Source: Dehalococcoidia bacterium
GTDB lineage: Bacteria > Chloroflexota > Dehalococcoidia > Lucifugimonadales > Lucifugimonadaceae
NCBI GenBank assembly: GCA_009693115.1
Contig: SHXW01000009.1
Span: 3,508 to 67,507, forward strand
Direction of reading: 5' to 3'
DNA length: 64,000 nt
A program made the position numbers and the translations under genes. Below, piece by piece: positions 55,781-63,957 of the stretch; the stretch's first letter is position 1, and each line of letters starts with the position of its first letter. The notes under the pieces are model-generated. The model made no database searches. It was not told the DNA's origin and saw nothing but the letters and a program-made list of their open reading frames with translations.

Positions 55781-55999
55781 ATGCCAAAGAAAGAAGCAAT
55801 TGAAGTCGAAGGATCGGTCTCTGAGGCGTTGCCAAACGCGACGTTCCGAGTTGATCTGCCCAACGGACACAAGGTGCTCGCGCACGCCTCGGGCAAGATC
55901 AGGCTAAACTTCATACGCATCCTACCCGGCGACCGAGTTCTCGTGGAGCTGTCGCCATATGATCTGACCAAAGGCCGGATCACATACCGGTTCAAGTAG
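55781..55999 (+). CDS. infA: translation initiation factor IF-1
   Basis: [72 protein letters not shown]. Confidence 0.97.
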   Translation: MPKKEAIEVEGSVSEALPNATFRVDLPNGHKVLAHASGKIRLNFIRILPGDRVLVELSPYDLTKGRITYRFK

Positions 56000-56051
56000 G
56001 ACGCCTAGGCCCATCGACCCGGAAGGGCCGGGTCGCGAAAGCAGTAGGGAA

Positions 56052-56165
56052 ATGAAAGTCCGAGCATCAGTAAAAGTCCGCTGCCCCAAGTGCAAGGTGA
56101 TCCGCAGGCACGGCGTCGTGCGCGTTCTTTGTGACATCCCCAAGCACAAGCAGCGTCAGGGTTAG
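56052..56165 (+). CDS. rpmJ: 50S ribosomal protein L36 (37 aa; below the ORF-track length cut-off)
   Basis: Hand-translated: atgaaagtccgagcatcagtaaaagtccgctgccccaagtgcaag... gives [37 protein letters not shown], with the canonical CxxC...C...H zinc motif and the position between infA and rpsM. Confidence 0.93.
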   Translation: MKVRASVKVRCPKCKVIRRHGVVRVLCDIPKHKQRQG

Positions 56166-56260
56166 CAACATCGCCCTTCCACATCAGGCAGCGTCCAATT
56201 GCTACCTGAGCGGAGAGGCAAGTGTGGTGGGTCAACAGGACCCGGAGACAGGCACAACAC

Positions 56261-56650
56261 ATGGCCATCATCGCCGGAGTGAACATACCGGATAACAAGC
56301 GCCTCGAAGTCGCGCTCACAAAGCTCTACGGCATCGGCCCGACCAACTCCAAGCGCATCGTGCGCGAGGTCGGACTGGAGCACAACCCGCGTGTGCGCGA
56401 TCTCAAGGAAGAGGACTTGGCACGCATCCGCAGCGCAATCGACCGTGCTGGGATCCTCATCGAAGGCGACCTGCGCCGCGAAGTGCAGATGAACATTCGC
56501 CGGCTGATCGACATTCAGGCCTACCGTGGCCTGAGACACCGACGCTCCCTGCCAACACGCGGCCAGCGCACAAGGACCAACGCCCGCACCAGGCGAGGCA
56601 ACAAGCGCCTGACTGTGGCCGGCAGGAAGAAGACCCCGACGAAGGGTTAG
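56261..56650 (+). CDS. rpsM: 30S ribosomal protein S13
   Basis: ATG 56261 gives MAIIAGVNIPDNKRLEVALTKLYGIGPTNS..., the canonical N-terminus. The track start GTG 56222 adds 13 non-conserved residues. Confidence 0.95.
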   Translation: MAIIAGVNIPDNKRLEVALTKLYGIGPTNSKRIVREVGLEHNPRVRDLKEEDLARIRSAIDRAGILIEGDLRREVQMNIRRLIDIQAYRGLRHRRSLPTRGQRTRTNARTRRGNKRLTVAGRKKTPTKG

Positions 56651-56767
56651 AGGCGGGGCCCCCTTTCAAACGGGCACCCTGCCCCCGTGACAGGCTCCCG
56701 GAGTATGTGACCATGCGCCCGCTGAAGTGGGGCGTCCAACCAGGATTCCAGAGACCAGAGGGATCAG

Positions 56768-57154
56768 ATGCCAAGGAAGCCGCGGACTAGAAAGCGCGAA
56801 AAGAAGTTCGTCCCTCAGGGACGTGCGTTCGTCAATGCGTCTTTCAATAACACGATCGTCACCCTGACCGACCCGGAAGGTAACGTGCTCTCAACGAGCA
56901 GCGCGGGCGCCCTCGGGTTCAAGGGGTCGCGCAAGTCCACCGCCTTCGCTGCGCAGCGCGCAGGTGAAGAGGCAGCCCGCCGGGCCATGGACCAGGGGCT
57001 CCGCACAGTGGACGTATATGTCAAGGGCCCCGGCACCGGCCGGGAGGCGGCCATCCGGGCGCTAGGCGCAGCCGGCATCCGCGTCATCACCATCCGTGAT
57101 GTAACGCCTGTGCCGCACAACGGTTGCCGCCCGCCCAAGAAACGGCGCGTCTAG
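56768..57154 (+). CDS. rpsK: 30S ribosomal protein S11
   Basis: ...[46 protein letters not shown]...[22 protein letters not shown]. Confidence 0.97.
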   Translation: MPRKPRTRKREKKFVPQGRAFVNASFNNTIVTLTDPEGNVLSTSSAGALGFKGSRKSTAFAAQRAGEEAARRAMDQGLRTVDVYVKGPGTGREAAIRALGAAGIRVITIRDVTPVPHNGCRPPKKRRV

Positions 57155-57288
57155 CCCGCAACGACCTCCGTCTCAGGTAGGAGATCGCAAGGCTCAGAGA
57201 AACCAACTACCACGCATCGGCCCACGCAAAACTGTTTCAAACAACGCCAGTCACGAAACCGGCAACGAAGAAAGAATCAGGACAGAAA

Positions 57289-57930
57289 ATGGGAAGGTAT
57301 ACGGGACCCGTCTGCCGCCTGTGCCGTTCACAGGGGGTAAAACTCTTCCTGAAGGGCGAGCGCTGCTTCACGCCGCGCTGCGGCGTTGAGCGCCGCAAGA
57401 CGCCCCCGGGCCCGCACGCCGCCGCCGGAGCGCGAAGGCGCCGCCCGACCGACTTCGGCATCCACCTGCGCGAAAAGCAGAAGGTGCGCTGGGTGTATGG
57501 CTTGCTGGAAAAGCAGTTCAGCAACACATTTGACACGGCGAGCAAGACTCCCGGAGTGACCGGTTCGCTCCTGATGCAACTCTTGGAGCGCAGACTGGAC
57601 AACGTCGCCTTCAGGTTCGGCTTCGGCGAATCCCGCTCCAAGGCCCGCCAGATAGTCACGCACGGTCACATACTGGTCAACGGCCGGTCCGTGGCCATAC
57701 CGTCATTCGTAGTCAAAATCGGCGACAAGATCAGCTGGAAGGAACAGTCCCGCAAGGGCGAAATGTTCAAAAACCTCCAGGCAGGCAGCATAGGCAAACG
57801 GCCCGTCCCTCGCTGGCTCAAAGCGGCGAGTGACGGCGCATCGGGGGAGGTGATAGCCCTCCCCGAGCCCACGGACATTGATACCACCGTGGACACCCGC
57901 ATGATCACTGAGTACTACTCGAAGAGGTAA
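57289..57930 (+). CDS. rpsD: 30S ribosomal protein S4
   Basis: MGRYTGPVCRLCRSQGVKLFLKGERCFTPRC..., ...LERRLDNVAFRFGFGESRSKARQIVTHGHILVNG (S4 domain). Confidence 0.97.
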   Translation: MGRYTGPVCRLCRSQGVKLFLKGERCFTPRCGVERRKTPPGPHAAAGARRRRPTDFGIHLREKQKVRWVYGLLEKQFSNTFDTASKTPGVTGSLLMQLLERRLDNVAFRFGFGESRSKARQIVTHGHILVNGRSVAIPSFVVKIGDKISWKEQSRKGEMFKNLQAGSIGKRPVPRWLKAASDGASGEVIALPEPTDIDTTVDTRMITEYYSKR

Positions 57931-57938
57931 CCGCCAGA

Positions 57939-58967
57939 ATGCTCGAACGCATGTACGGGGTGGCTCCCGCTGAAGAACTCCCGGCGGCCACAACCGAAAT
58001 CCCAAAGTTCTCCATCAAAGTCCAGGAAACCACGGACAGCTACGGCCGCTTTGTCGCGGAACCGCTGCCACGCGGTTGGGGCGTGACCATCGCTAACCCC
58101 TTGCGCCGTGTGCTGCTGTCATCGCTGCAGGGCACGGCCATCACATGGGTCAAGATTGACGGCATCCAGCACGAATACACGACTCTGCCGCACATGCGGG
58201 AAGAGATCACTGAATTCTTGCTGAACGTCAAGGGCATGCGCTTGCGGGCCCTCGCCAACCGCCCCGGCCGCCTGCGGCTGGAGATGGACGGCGAAGGCGA
58301 AGTTCGCGCCGGTGACGTCATGGCGACCGCAGATTTCGAGGTTGTCAACCCGGAGCACCACCTGGCTTCGCTAGACTCGCCTCGCGCACGTCTATCGGTC
58401 GAGTTCAACGTCGAACAAGGTACAGGCTATGTGCCGGCCACCCATGACGAGGGCCTGCCAATCGGAGTGCTGCCTGTCGATGCCATCTACACGCCCGTCC
58501 GGAAGGTCAACTTCCGCGTCGAGAACACCCGCATCGGCCAGCGCAACGACCTTGAACGTCTGGTGATAGAGGTGTGGACCGACCGCACGATCTCCCCTCT
58601 GGAGGCGGTGCAGACCGCTGCCAACCAGTTGATGGAGAGGTTCTATCAGTTCTCATCGCTGGACAAGGAGCCTTCCGAGGCAACCAGCCCGGCAGCCGGA
58701 CTGGGCATCTCGCCCGAAATTTACAACACCCTGGTCGAGACGCTCAACCTGTCAGCGCGCACGATGAACTGCCTGAAACGCGCTGGCGTCAACCGCGTGG
58801 GTGAAGTGCTGTCCATGCCGAAGAGCGAACTGCTGAAGATACGCAACTTCGGTCAGAAGTCTCTCGAAGAGTTGTACGGCAAGCTTGCCGAAAAGGGTTA
58901 CATGGCCAAGGAAGGCGCTGATGCGGCAGCCTCTGACGAGGCTGGGGAGGAAGAGGTTGAGGCATAG
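57939..58967 (+). CDS. rpoA: DNA-directed RNA polymerase alpha subunit
   Basis: ...YGRFVAEPLPRGWGVTIANPLRRVLLSSLQGTAIT...; CTD LNLSARTMNCLKRAGVNRVGEVLSMPKSELLKIRNFGQKSLEEL. Confidence 0.97.
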   Translation: MLERMYGVAPAEELPAATTEIPKFSIKVQETTDSYGRFVAEPLPRGWGVTIANPLRRVLLSSLQGTAITWVKIDGIQHEYTTLPHMREEITEFLLNVKGMRLRALANRPGRLRLEMDGEGEVRAGDVMATADFEVVNPEHHLASLDSPRARLSVEFNVEQGTGYVPATHDEGLPIGVLPVDAIYTPVRKVNFRVENTRIGQRNDLERLVIEVWTDRTISPLEAVQTAANQLMERFYQFSSLDKEPSEATSPAAGLGISPEIYNTLVETLNLSARTMNCLKRAGVNRVGEVLSMPKSELLKIRNFGQKSLEELYGKLAEKGYMAKEGADAAASDEAGEEEVEA

Positions 58968-59310
58968 CGTAAAGGGCCGGCAACTTAGCCGGGAGGGAGA
59001 CACTCGACAAGCCCTCTTCCGCAACCTGGTGACAGACTTCCTGCGCCACGGCAAGGTGGTAACCACCGTGGAAAAAGCCAAGGAAATCAAGCCGATGGCT
59101 GAGAGGGTCATCACCCTCGCTCGCGGGGGATCCCTTCACCAGAGGCGACAGGCCGCAGCGTTCCTTACGGACGCCTCGGTGGTGCGCACTGTATTCTCCG
59201 AACTCGGGCCCAGATTCAAGACCCGCAACGGTGGCTACACGCGCATCGTGCGCCTCGGCCCCCGCAAGGGTGATGCCGCCGAAATGGCGACCTTGGAACT
59301 CGTCGAATAA
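58957..59310 (+). CDS. rplQ: 50S ribosomal protein L17
   Basis: TTG 58957 (GGGGAGGAAGAGG upstream) gives (M)RHSVKGRQLSREGDTRQALFRNL..., colinear with the canonical MRHRK.GR.L N-terminus. It overlaps the rpoA 3' end by 11 nt. Confidence 0.93.
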   Translation: MRHSVKGRQLSREGDTRQALFRNLVTDFLRHGKVVTTVEKAKEIKPMAERVITLARGGSLHQRRQAAAFLTDASVVRTVFSELGPRFKTRNGGYTRIVRLGPRKGDAAEMATLELVE

Positions 59311-59352
59311 ACCGACCAGGCGCCGTAAGCACAGCGCAGCGATCCAACAAGG

Positions 59353-59386
59353 ACACGCCCTCCCCCGCCTTTGGGGGAGGGCGTGT
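59353..59386 (+). terminator. strong hairpin terminating the rpsL...rplQ cluster
   Basis: Perfect 14-bp stem ACACGCCCTCCCCC/GGGGGAGGGCGTGT with loop gccttt, 43 nt after the rplQ stop. No long U-tract (tgttaaa). Confidence 0.65.
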
Positions 59387-59424
59387 TAAACCGCTCTTAT
59401 GAGTGAGAGCATCCCGGTACCAGG

Positions 59425-60234
59425 GTGACTTCAGCAGACTCCGCCATCCAGACGAGGACGTTCGGCCTTATCGTCGAATATGACGGGACGGAACTCTTCG
59501 GCTCTCAGCTCCAGGCCAACGCCCGCACAGTGCAGGGGGAATTGGAACAGGCCCTGGCGAAGATCACTGGTCAGCGCACGAGAGTACGGCTGGCCGGCAG
59601 GACAGATTCAGGAGTGCACGCCACCGGACAGGTGGCGGCATTTGACGCAGAGATACGCCTTGAGACAGTCTCTATCAGGAACGCATTGAACTACTATCTG
59701 CCAGAAGATGTCCGTGTCCGCTGCGCGCAGGAAGCGCCGCCGCGGTTTGACCCGCGCCGCCGGGCGCGCTCACGCGAGTACGTCTACACACTTAACGATG
59801 CCCCATCACGGCCTGCGCTCCACCGCCGGACGGAGTTCCACGTCCGAGAGCGGTTAGATGAAAAGGCTATGCACACAGCCGCTCAAGCTCTGACCGGGGA
59901 GCATGATTTCGCAGCCTTCGCCGGGCCCGCAACGTTGAAGGGCGCCTCGACTGTTCGACGCATAGATGCTGCCGGAGTTTGCCGCGAAGGTGACAGGGTC
60001 ATCTTCACCGTCCGCGGCAACGCCTTCTTGCACCAGCAAGTACGCCGCATGGCTGGCGCGCTGATCGATGCAGGCAGCGGTGCGATGACACTGGACCAAT
60101 TCAAGAAGGTATTGGGATCAGGCAGGAAGAACGGCGCAAAGAGGCTTGCCGGGCCTCAGGGCCTCTGCCTGACAAAGGTGAACTATGAAAGTCCGGGGCC
60201 GTGTGGCCTGCCGGAACACGCCTCCGCGAGTTAG
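59425..60234 (+). CDS. truA: tRNA pseudouridine(38-40) synthase
   Basis: FGLIVEYDGTELFGSQLQ..., catalytic RTDSGVHATGQV, ...HDFAAF..., FLHQQVRRMAG. Confidence 0.9.
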   Translation: MTSADSAIQTRTFGLIVEYDGTELFGSQLQANARTVQGELEQALAKITGQRTRVRLAGRTDSGVHATGQVAAFDAEIRLETVSIRNALNYYLPEDVRVRCAQEAPPRFDPRRRARSREYVYTLNDAPSRPALHRRTEFHVRERLDEKAMHTAAQALTGEHDFAAFAGPATLKGASTVRRIDAAGVCREGDRVIFTVRGNAFLHQQVRRMAGALIDAGSGAMTLDQFKKVLGSGRKNGAKRLAGPQGLCLTKVNYESPGPCGLPEHASAS

Positions 60235-60263
60235 ACTGTTCAGGTTGCCCACCTGCAGAAACT

Positions 60264-60968
60264 ATGAGTGAACCAATGGTAACCAAACTCAAAGCATATA
60301 ACCCGAGCGCAACGGAACTGGTTGCGGACTGGCATGTCATTGACGCCACGGACCAGATTCTTGGCCGCCTTTCCACCAGGATCGCGATGCTCCTGATGGG
60401 CAAGAACAAGCCCACGTATGTCGCACATTTGCTCACCGGCGACTTTGTGGTCATCACAAACGCTGCGAAGTTGCACGTGTCCGGCAAGAAGGCGGAATCC
60501 AAGATTTATGTCTCGCACAACCAGCAGCCGGGACATCGCAAGGAAGTCCCATTCGCCAGGGTGTTCGCCTCTCATCCGGACCGCGTGATTCAACACGCCG
60601 TGAAGGGTATGCTCCCCAAGAACAAGCTCGGAGACCAGTTACTCACCCGCCTGAAGATATACCCTGGCGCAGAGCACCCGCACATGGCTCAGGTTGCAGG
60701 CGCCCCTAAGCTGATCGCTCGCATGAAGGAAACGGTAGCCAAAGCCGCAGAGCCCAGGATCCTCCGCAAGTCCGCTGTCAGTGCACCCGAAGCGGCTGCC
60801 CCTTCCACAATTGCAGCGACCGCCGCTGCCGCCTCCGCAGTGAAGACAACGCCGGTCCGCAGGCCGAAAGCGCCTACCCTCAAGACAGCAAAGGCACCGC
60901 AGGCAGCAACCGTAGCGGCAGAGAAGAAGCCAGAACGCAGGCCGCGCTCCCCCGGAGCGAAGTCCTGA
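60264..60968 (+). CDS. rplM: 50S ribosomal protein L13 with an Ala/Pro/Lys-rich C-terminal extension of about 80 aa
   Basis: ...DWHVIDATDQILGRLSTRIAMLLMGKNKPTY...GDFVVITNA...VKGMLPKNKLG...LKIYPGAEHPH; tail ...APSTIAATAAAASAVKTTPVRRPKAPTLKTAKAPQ.... Confidence 0.93.
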   Translation: MSEPMVTKLKAYNPSATELVADWHVIDATDQILGRLSTRIAMLLMGKNKPTYVAHLLTGDFVVITNAAKLHVSGKKAESKIYVSHNQQPGHRKEVPFARVFASHPDRVIQHAVKGMLPKNKLGDQLLTRLKIYPGAEHPHMAQVAGAPKLIARMKETVAKAAEPRILRKSAVSAPEAAAPSTIAATAAAASAVKTTPVRRPKAPTLKTAKAPQAATVAAEKKPERRPRSPGAKS

Positions 60969-61080
60969 ACATACGGCCAGTCTGTCTGATCGCAAACCCG
61001 GCAAAACATACCGCCCCCGCAGACTTGTTACACCATAGTGGATGCCTCAAGGGCGAAATAATCGGGAACAGGAGAACGAC

Positions 61081-61476
61081 TTGACCCAGCAGAGCTATTA
61101 CTACGGAATCGGGCGCCGCAAGTCTGCAGTAGCGCGTGTGCGCTTAATGACGACTCCCGGTGCTGTAACAGTCAACGGCAGGCCCGCAGCAGAAATGTTC
61201 ACTGTTGACGAGTGGCTAGGCGAAGCCTTGAAACCCCTGGTCGTCACGAAGACGCAGGGGACTGTCACCGTCATCGCCAAGACCGCTGGCGGCGGTGCCG
61301 GCGGACAGGCGACCGCCGTCTCGCTTGGGATCGCTCGCGCTCTGCTCATCTTCGACCCAAATTTGAAGAAGACCCTCAGGGATGCAGGCCTGCTCACCCG
61401 CGACCCGCGCACCAAGGAAAGCAAGCACTACGGCCTCAAGCGTGCACGCAAGGCCCCCCAGTACACCAAGCGCTGA
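61081..61476 (+). CDS. rpsI: 30S ribosomal protein S9
   Basis: TTG 61081 (AGGAGA 7 nt upstream) gives (M)TQQSYYYGIGRRKSAVARVRL..., canonical spacing. The track ATG 61042 lacks an SD. The C-terminus is ...RKAPQYTKR. Confidence 0.93.
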   Translation: MTQQSYYYGIGRRKSAVARVRLMTTPGAVTVNGRPAAEMFTVDEWLGEALKPLVVTKTQGTVTVIAKTAGGGAGGQATAVSLGIARALLIFDPNLKKTLRDAGLLTRDPRTKESKHYGLKRARKAPQYTKR

Positions 61477-61505
61477 AATACGGCGCACTGGACATGGACA
61501 ATTCA

Positions 61506-61540
61506 AAGGCCCGTTCTTTACAGAGCGGGCCTTCTTGTTC
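61506..61540 (+). terminator. intrinsic terminator after rpsI
   Basis: AAGGCCCG(61506-13)/CGGGCCTT(61526-33), an 8-bp stem with a 12-nt loop, followed by T-rich cttgttc. A CTCCC-GGC-GGGAG family hairpin follows at 61550-61564. Confidence 0.6.
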
Positions 61541-61682
61541 AACGTCCGTTCTCCCGGCGGGAGAGAGTCTACGGTGACAGGGAATTCGCCGCGGTTATTT
61601 AGACAGTTCGGTTATGACCGAGCGCTCTGGGCGCCCAATCATGAATTGAGACCGGTGTTACCCGCGTGTCTCAAACGCCCCC

Positions 61683-61699
61683 GCCCACTTCTGGTGGGC
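61683..61699 (-). terminator. small hairpin immediately 3' of prmC
   Basis: GCCCAC/GTGGGC, a 6-bp stem with a 5-nt loop, 5 nt beyond the prmC stop. Weak, with no U-tract. Confidence 0.3.
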
Positions 61700-61704
61700 A
61701 CACA

Positions 61705-62682
61705 TCAACCAGAGGTGGGGTGATTGGGGATCCTGATCTCGATGCACCTGTCCTGCCCGGCCAGGTCCTGCAATACGGCTATATAGGCGCCCGGCATTGC
61801 CTTCATGGCCAAGTTCGCGGCCGGAACGGCGCTACGTGGGTCTGCCTCTATCAATGCGGTAGCCCCGTCAGCCCTTAACAGGCCCGGCAAGACAGCGATC
61901 AGCCTCCGTATTACTGCGAGGCCGTCAGGGCCACCGTCAAGGGCCAACCGTGGCTCGTAGCGAAGTTCGGGCTCGGCAAGGTCAATATCTCCGGCCGGCA
62001 CGTATGGTGGGTTGGAAACGACGATGTCGAACCGCCCGGTTAGCGGCGATGCCAGATCGCCTTCCAACCAGACGATCCGGCCCGCGCCCAAAGCATCACC
62101 GTTCCTACGGGCCACTGTGAGAGCGTCACCTGAGATGTCCGTCCCGAAGACTTCGGCCTCCGGCAACTCGAGCGCAAGCGTGATGGCGAGCACACCACTG
62201 CCCACGCCAATGTCAGCAATCCTGAGGCCAACGCCTGTGGGCCTGTCCCGGCCTTCGACATCTGCAGCGAATTCCAGAGCGCGTTCGACAAGCAACTCCG
62301 TCTCCGGCCTTGGTACCAGCACGTTCCTGTCAACGCGGAAGGTCCGGCCGAAGAAGTCGCGCCTTCCGGTTATGTACGGCAGAGGTTCCCGTTTCAATCG
62401 GCGGGACAGAAGGCTGCTGATGCGTTCGTCTGCTCCTTCCGGCGCAGGGTCGCGCATGGACACCAGCAGGCGTTCGACACTCAATCCAAGGGCATGTTGC
62501 ACTATGAGACGGGACTCGATCTCAGGCTCCGGGACTCCGACACCTGCCAGCAACAGCCGCACGTCACGGACAACCTCTCCCAATGCCCCGCCATGGATCC
62601 GCCTGTCGGTGCTCCTGCTCTGTCCTTCTCCTCCGGATTGAGAGGCGCCGGGGCCATGCAGAGGAGAAACTCCGCCGTTCAC
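61705..62682 (-). CDS. prmC: release-factor glutamine N5-methyltransferase
   Basis: SAM motif IADIGVGSGVLAITLA and catalytic VSNPPYVP. The GTG start overlaps the prfA stop (GTGA). Confidence 0.88.
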   Translation of the reverse strand: MNGGVSPLHGPGASQSGGEGQSRSTDRRIHGGALGEVVRDVRLLLAGVGVPEPEIESRLIVQHALGLSVERLLVSMRDPAPEGADERISSLLSRRLKREPLPYITGRRDFFGRTFRVDRNVLVPRPETELLVERALEFAADVEGRDRPTGVGLRIADIGVGSGVLAITLALELPEAEVFGTDISGDALTVARRNGDALGAGRIVWLEGDLASPLTGRFDIVVSNPPYVPAGDIDLAEPELRYEPRLALDGGPDGLAVIRRLIAVLPGLLRADGATALIEADPRSAVPAANLAMKAMPGAYIAVLQDLAGQDRCIEIRIPNHPTSG

Positions 62683-63767
62683 GGCCCGACCGTAGCCGCG
62701 GCCAGTTTGCGGGCCTGTTCCTCACGGAGGAGCGCGTCAACGAACTCGTCAATTTCGCCGTCAAGGATGCGGAACAGATTGTGGCTGGTGTGGTTGATCC
62801 GGTGATCTGTGACGCGGCTTTGCGGAAAATTGTAAGTCCTGATCTTCTCCGACCTGTCGCCCGTGCCCACCTGAGCGCGCCTGTCTGCAGCGATGGCATC
62901 CTGCTGTTTGCGCAGCTGCGCATCCCAGAGGCGGGCCCTGAGGACATCCATCGCCTTAGTTTTGTTCTGTAGCTGTGACCTCTCGTTCTGACAGGACACA
63001 ATAATGCCACTAGGCAGGTGCGTGATGCGTACGGCGGTCGCCACCTTCTGCACGTTCTGGCCACCGTGGCCGGAGGCGTGGAAGATGTCTAGCTTCAGAT
63101 CCTGTTCCTTGATCTCCACGTCGATTTCCTCCGCTTTGGGGAGGACCGCCACCGTGGCAGTTGAGGTGTGGATGCGGCCTGAAGACTCGGTGGAAGGCAC
63201 GCGCTGCACGCGGTGAACTCCGCTTTCGTGCTTGAGGCGGGTGAATGTGCCCTCCCCCGAGACCTCGAACACGACCTCCTTGATGCCGCCTATCCCGGTA
63301 TCGCTCAAGCTGATGGCTTCAGCCTTCCACCCGTGACGCTCGGCATAACGCTGGTACATGCGAAATAGTTCGGCTGCGAAGAGGCCCGCCTCCTCTCCCC
63401 CTGCCCCGGCCCGGAGTTCAACGACGGCGTCTGCTTGAGCTGTGACATCCTTCGGGATCAGAGCTTCAGCGATCTGCGCTTCCAACTCCGCCAGCAACTT
63501 TTCCTGCTCAAGGGCTTCGGTCTTGGCGAGTTGAAGCACCTCAGGGTCGGTTTCAGATCCGATCATTACCTGCGCCTGATTGAGGGAGTCCCCTGCCCTT
63601 TCGAACTTGCTCCACAGCTCCACGATGGAGCCCAACTCGCGGTATTCACGGCCAAACTTCTTAAGGGCGCCAGGATTGGACGTGGTCTCAGGCGCGGCCA
63701 TCAGGCGCTCCACTTCCATGCGGCGCTCAGCGATTGCCTTCAATTTGAGGACTGTTGAATTCTGCAT
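62679..63767 (-). CDS. prfA: peptide chain release factor 1
   Basis: RVQRVPSTESSGRIHTS (PxT tripeptide, so RF1) and HASGHGGQNVQKV (GGQ). Start ATG 63767 (MQNSTVLKLKAI...); the 41 upstream track residues look spurious. Confidence 0.93.
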   Translation of the reverse strand: MQNSTVLKLKAIAERRMEVERLMAAPETTSNPGALKKFGREYRELGSIVELWSKFERAGDSLNQAQVMIGSETDPEVLQLAKTEALEQEKLLAELEAQIAEALIPKDVTAQADAVVELRAGAGGEEAGLFAAELFRMYQRYAERHGWKAEAISLSDTGIGGIKEVVFEVSGEGTFTRLKHESGVHRVQRVPSTESSGRIHTSTATVAVLPKAEEIDVEIKEQDLKLDIFHASGHGGQNVQKVATAVRITHLPSGIIVSCQNERSQLQNKTKAMDVLRARLWDAQLRKQQDAIAADRRAQVGTGDRSEKIRTYNFPQSRVTDHRINHTSHNLFRILDGEIDEFVDALLREEQARKLAAATVGP

Positions 63768-63957
63768 CTTCCGAGAATAGCACTCAGCCGCGTATGGCCC
63801 CACGCCTGATACGCCCGCCACGGAACGTCCGCTTCCGCAGGGCAACTCTTTACCTGTCCGGTAGCACACCGGTAACCGGGAGAGAGGCAAACTTGTCTGA
63901 AATACCCTTCGTAGTCTTTACGGGATCCTCTTAGACTGGGTGTTTGAGGAGTAATTG

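Noticed and set aside
62679-63767. Possible programmed +1 frameshift, as found in release-factor genes
   Set aside because: The gene encodes RF1 (PST tripeptide). The conserved frameshift occurs in prfB (RF2). The ORF is continuous with no internal stop.
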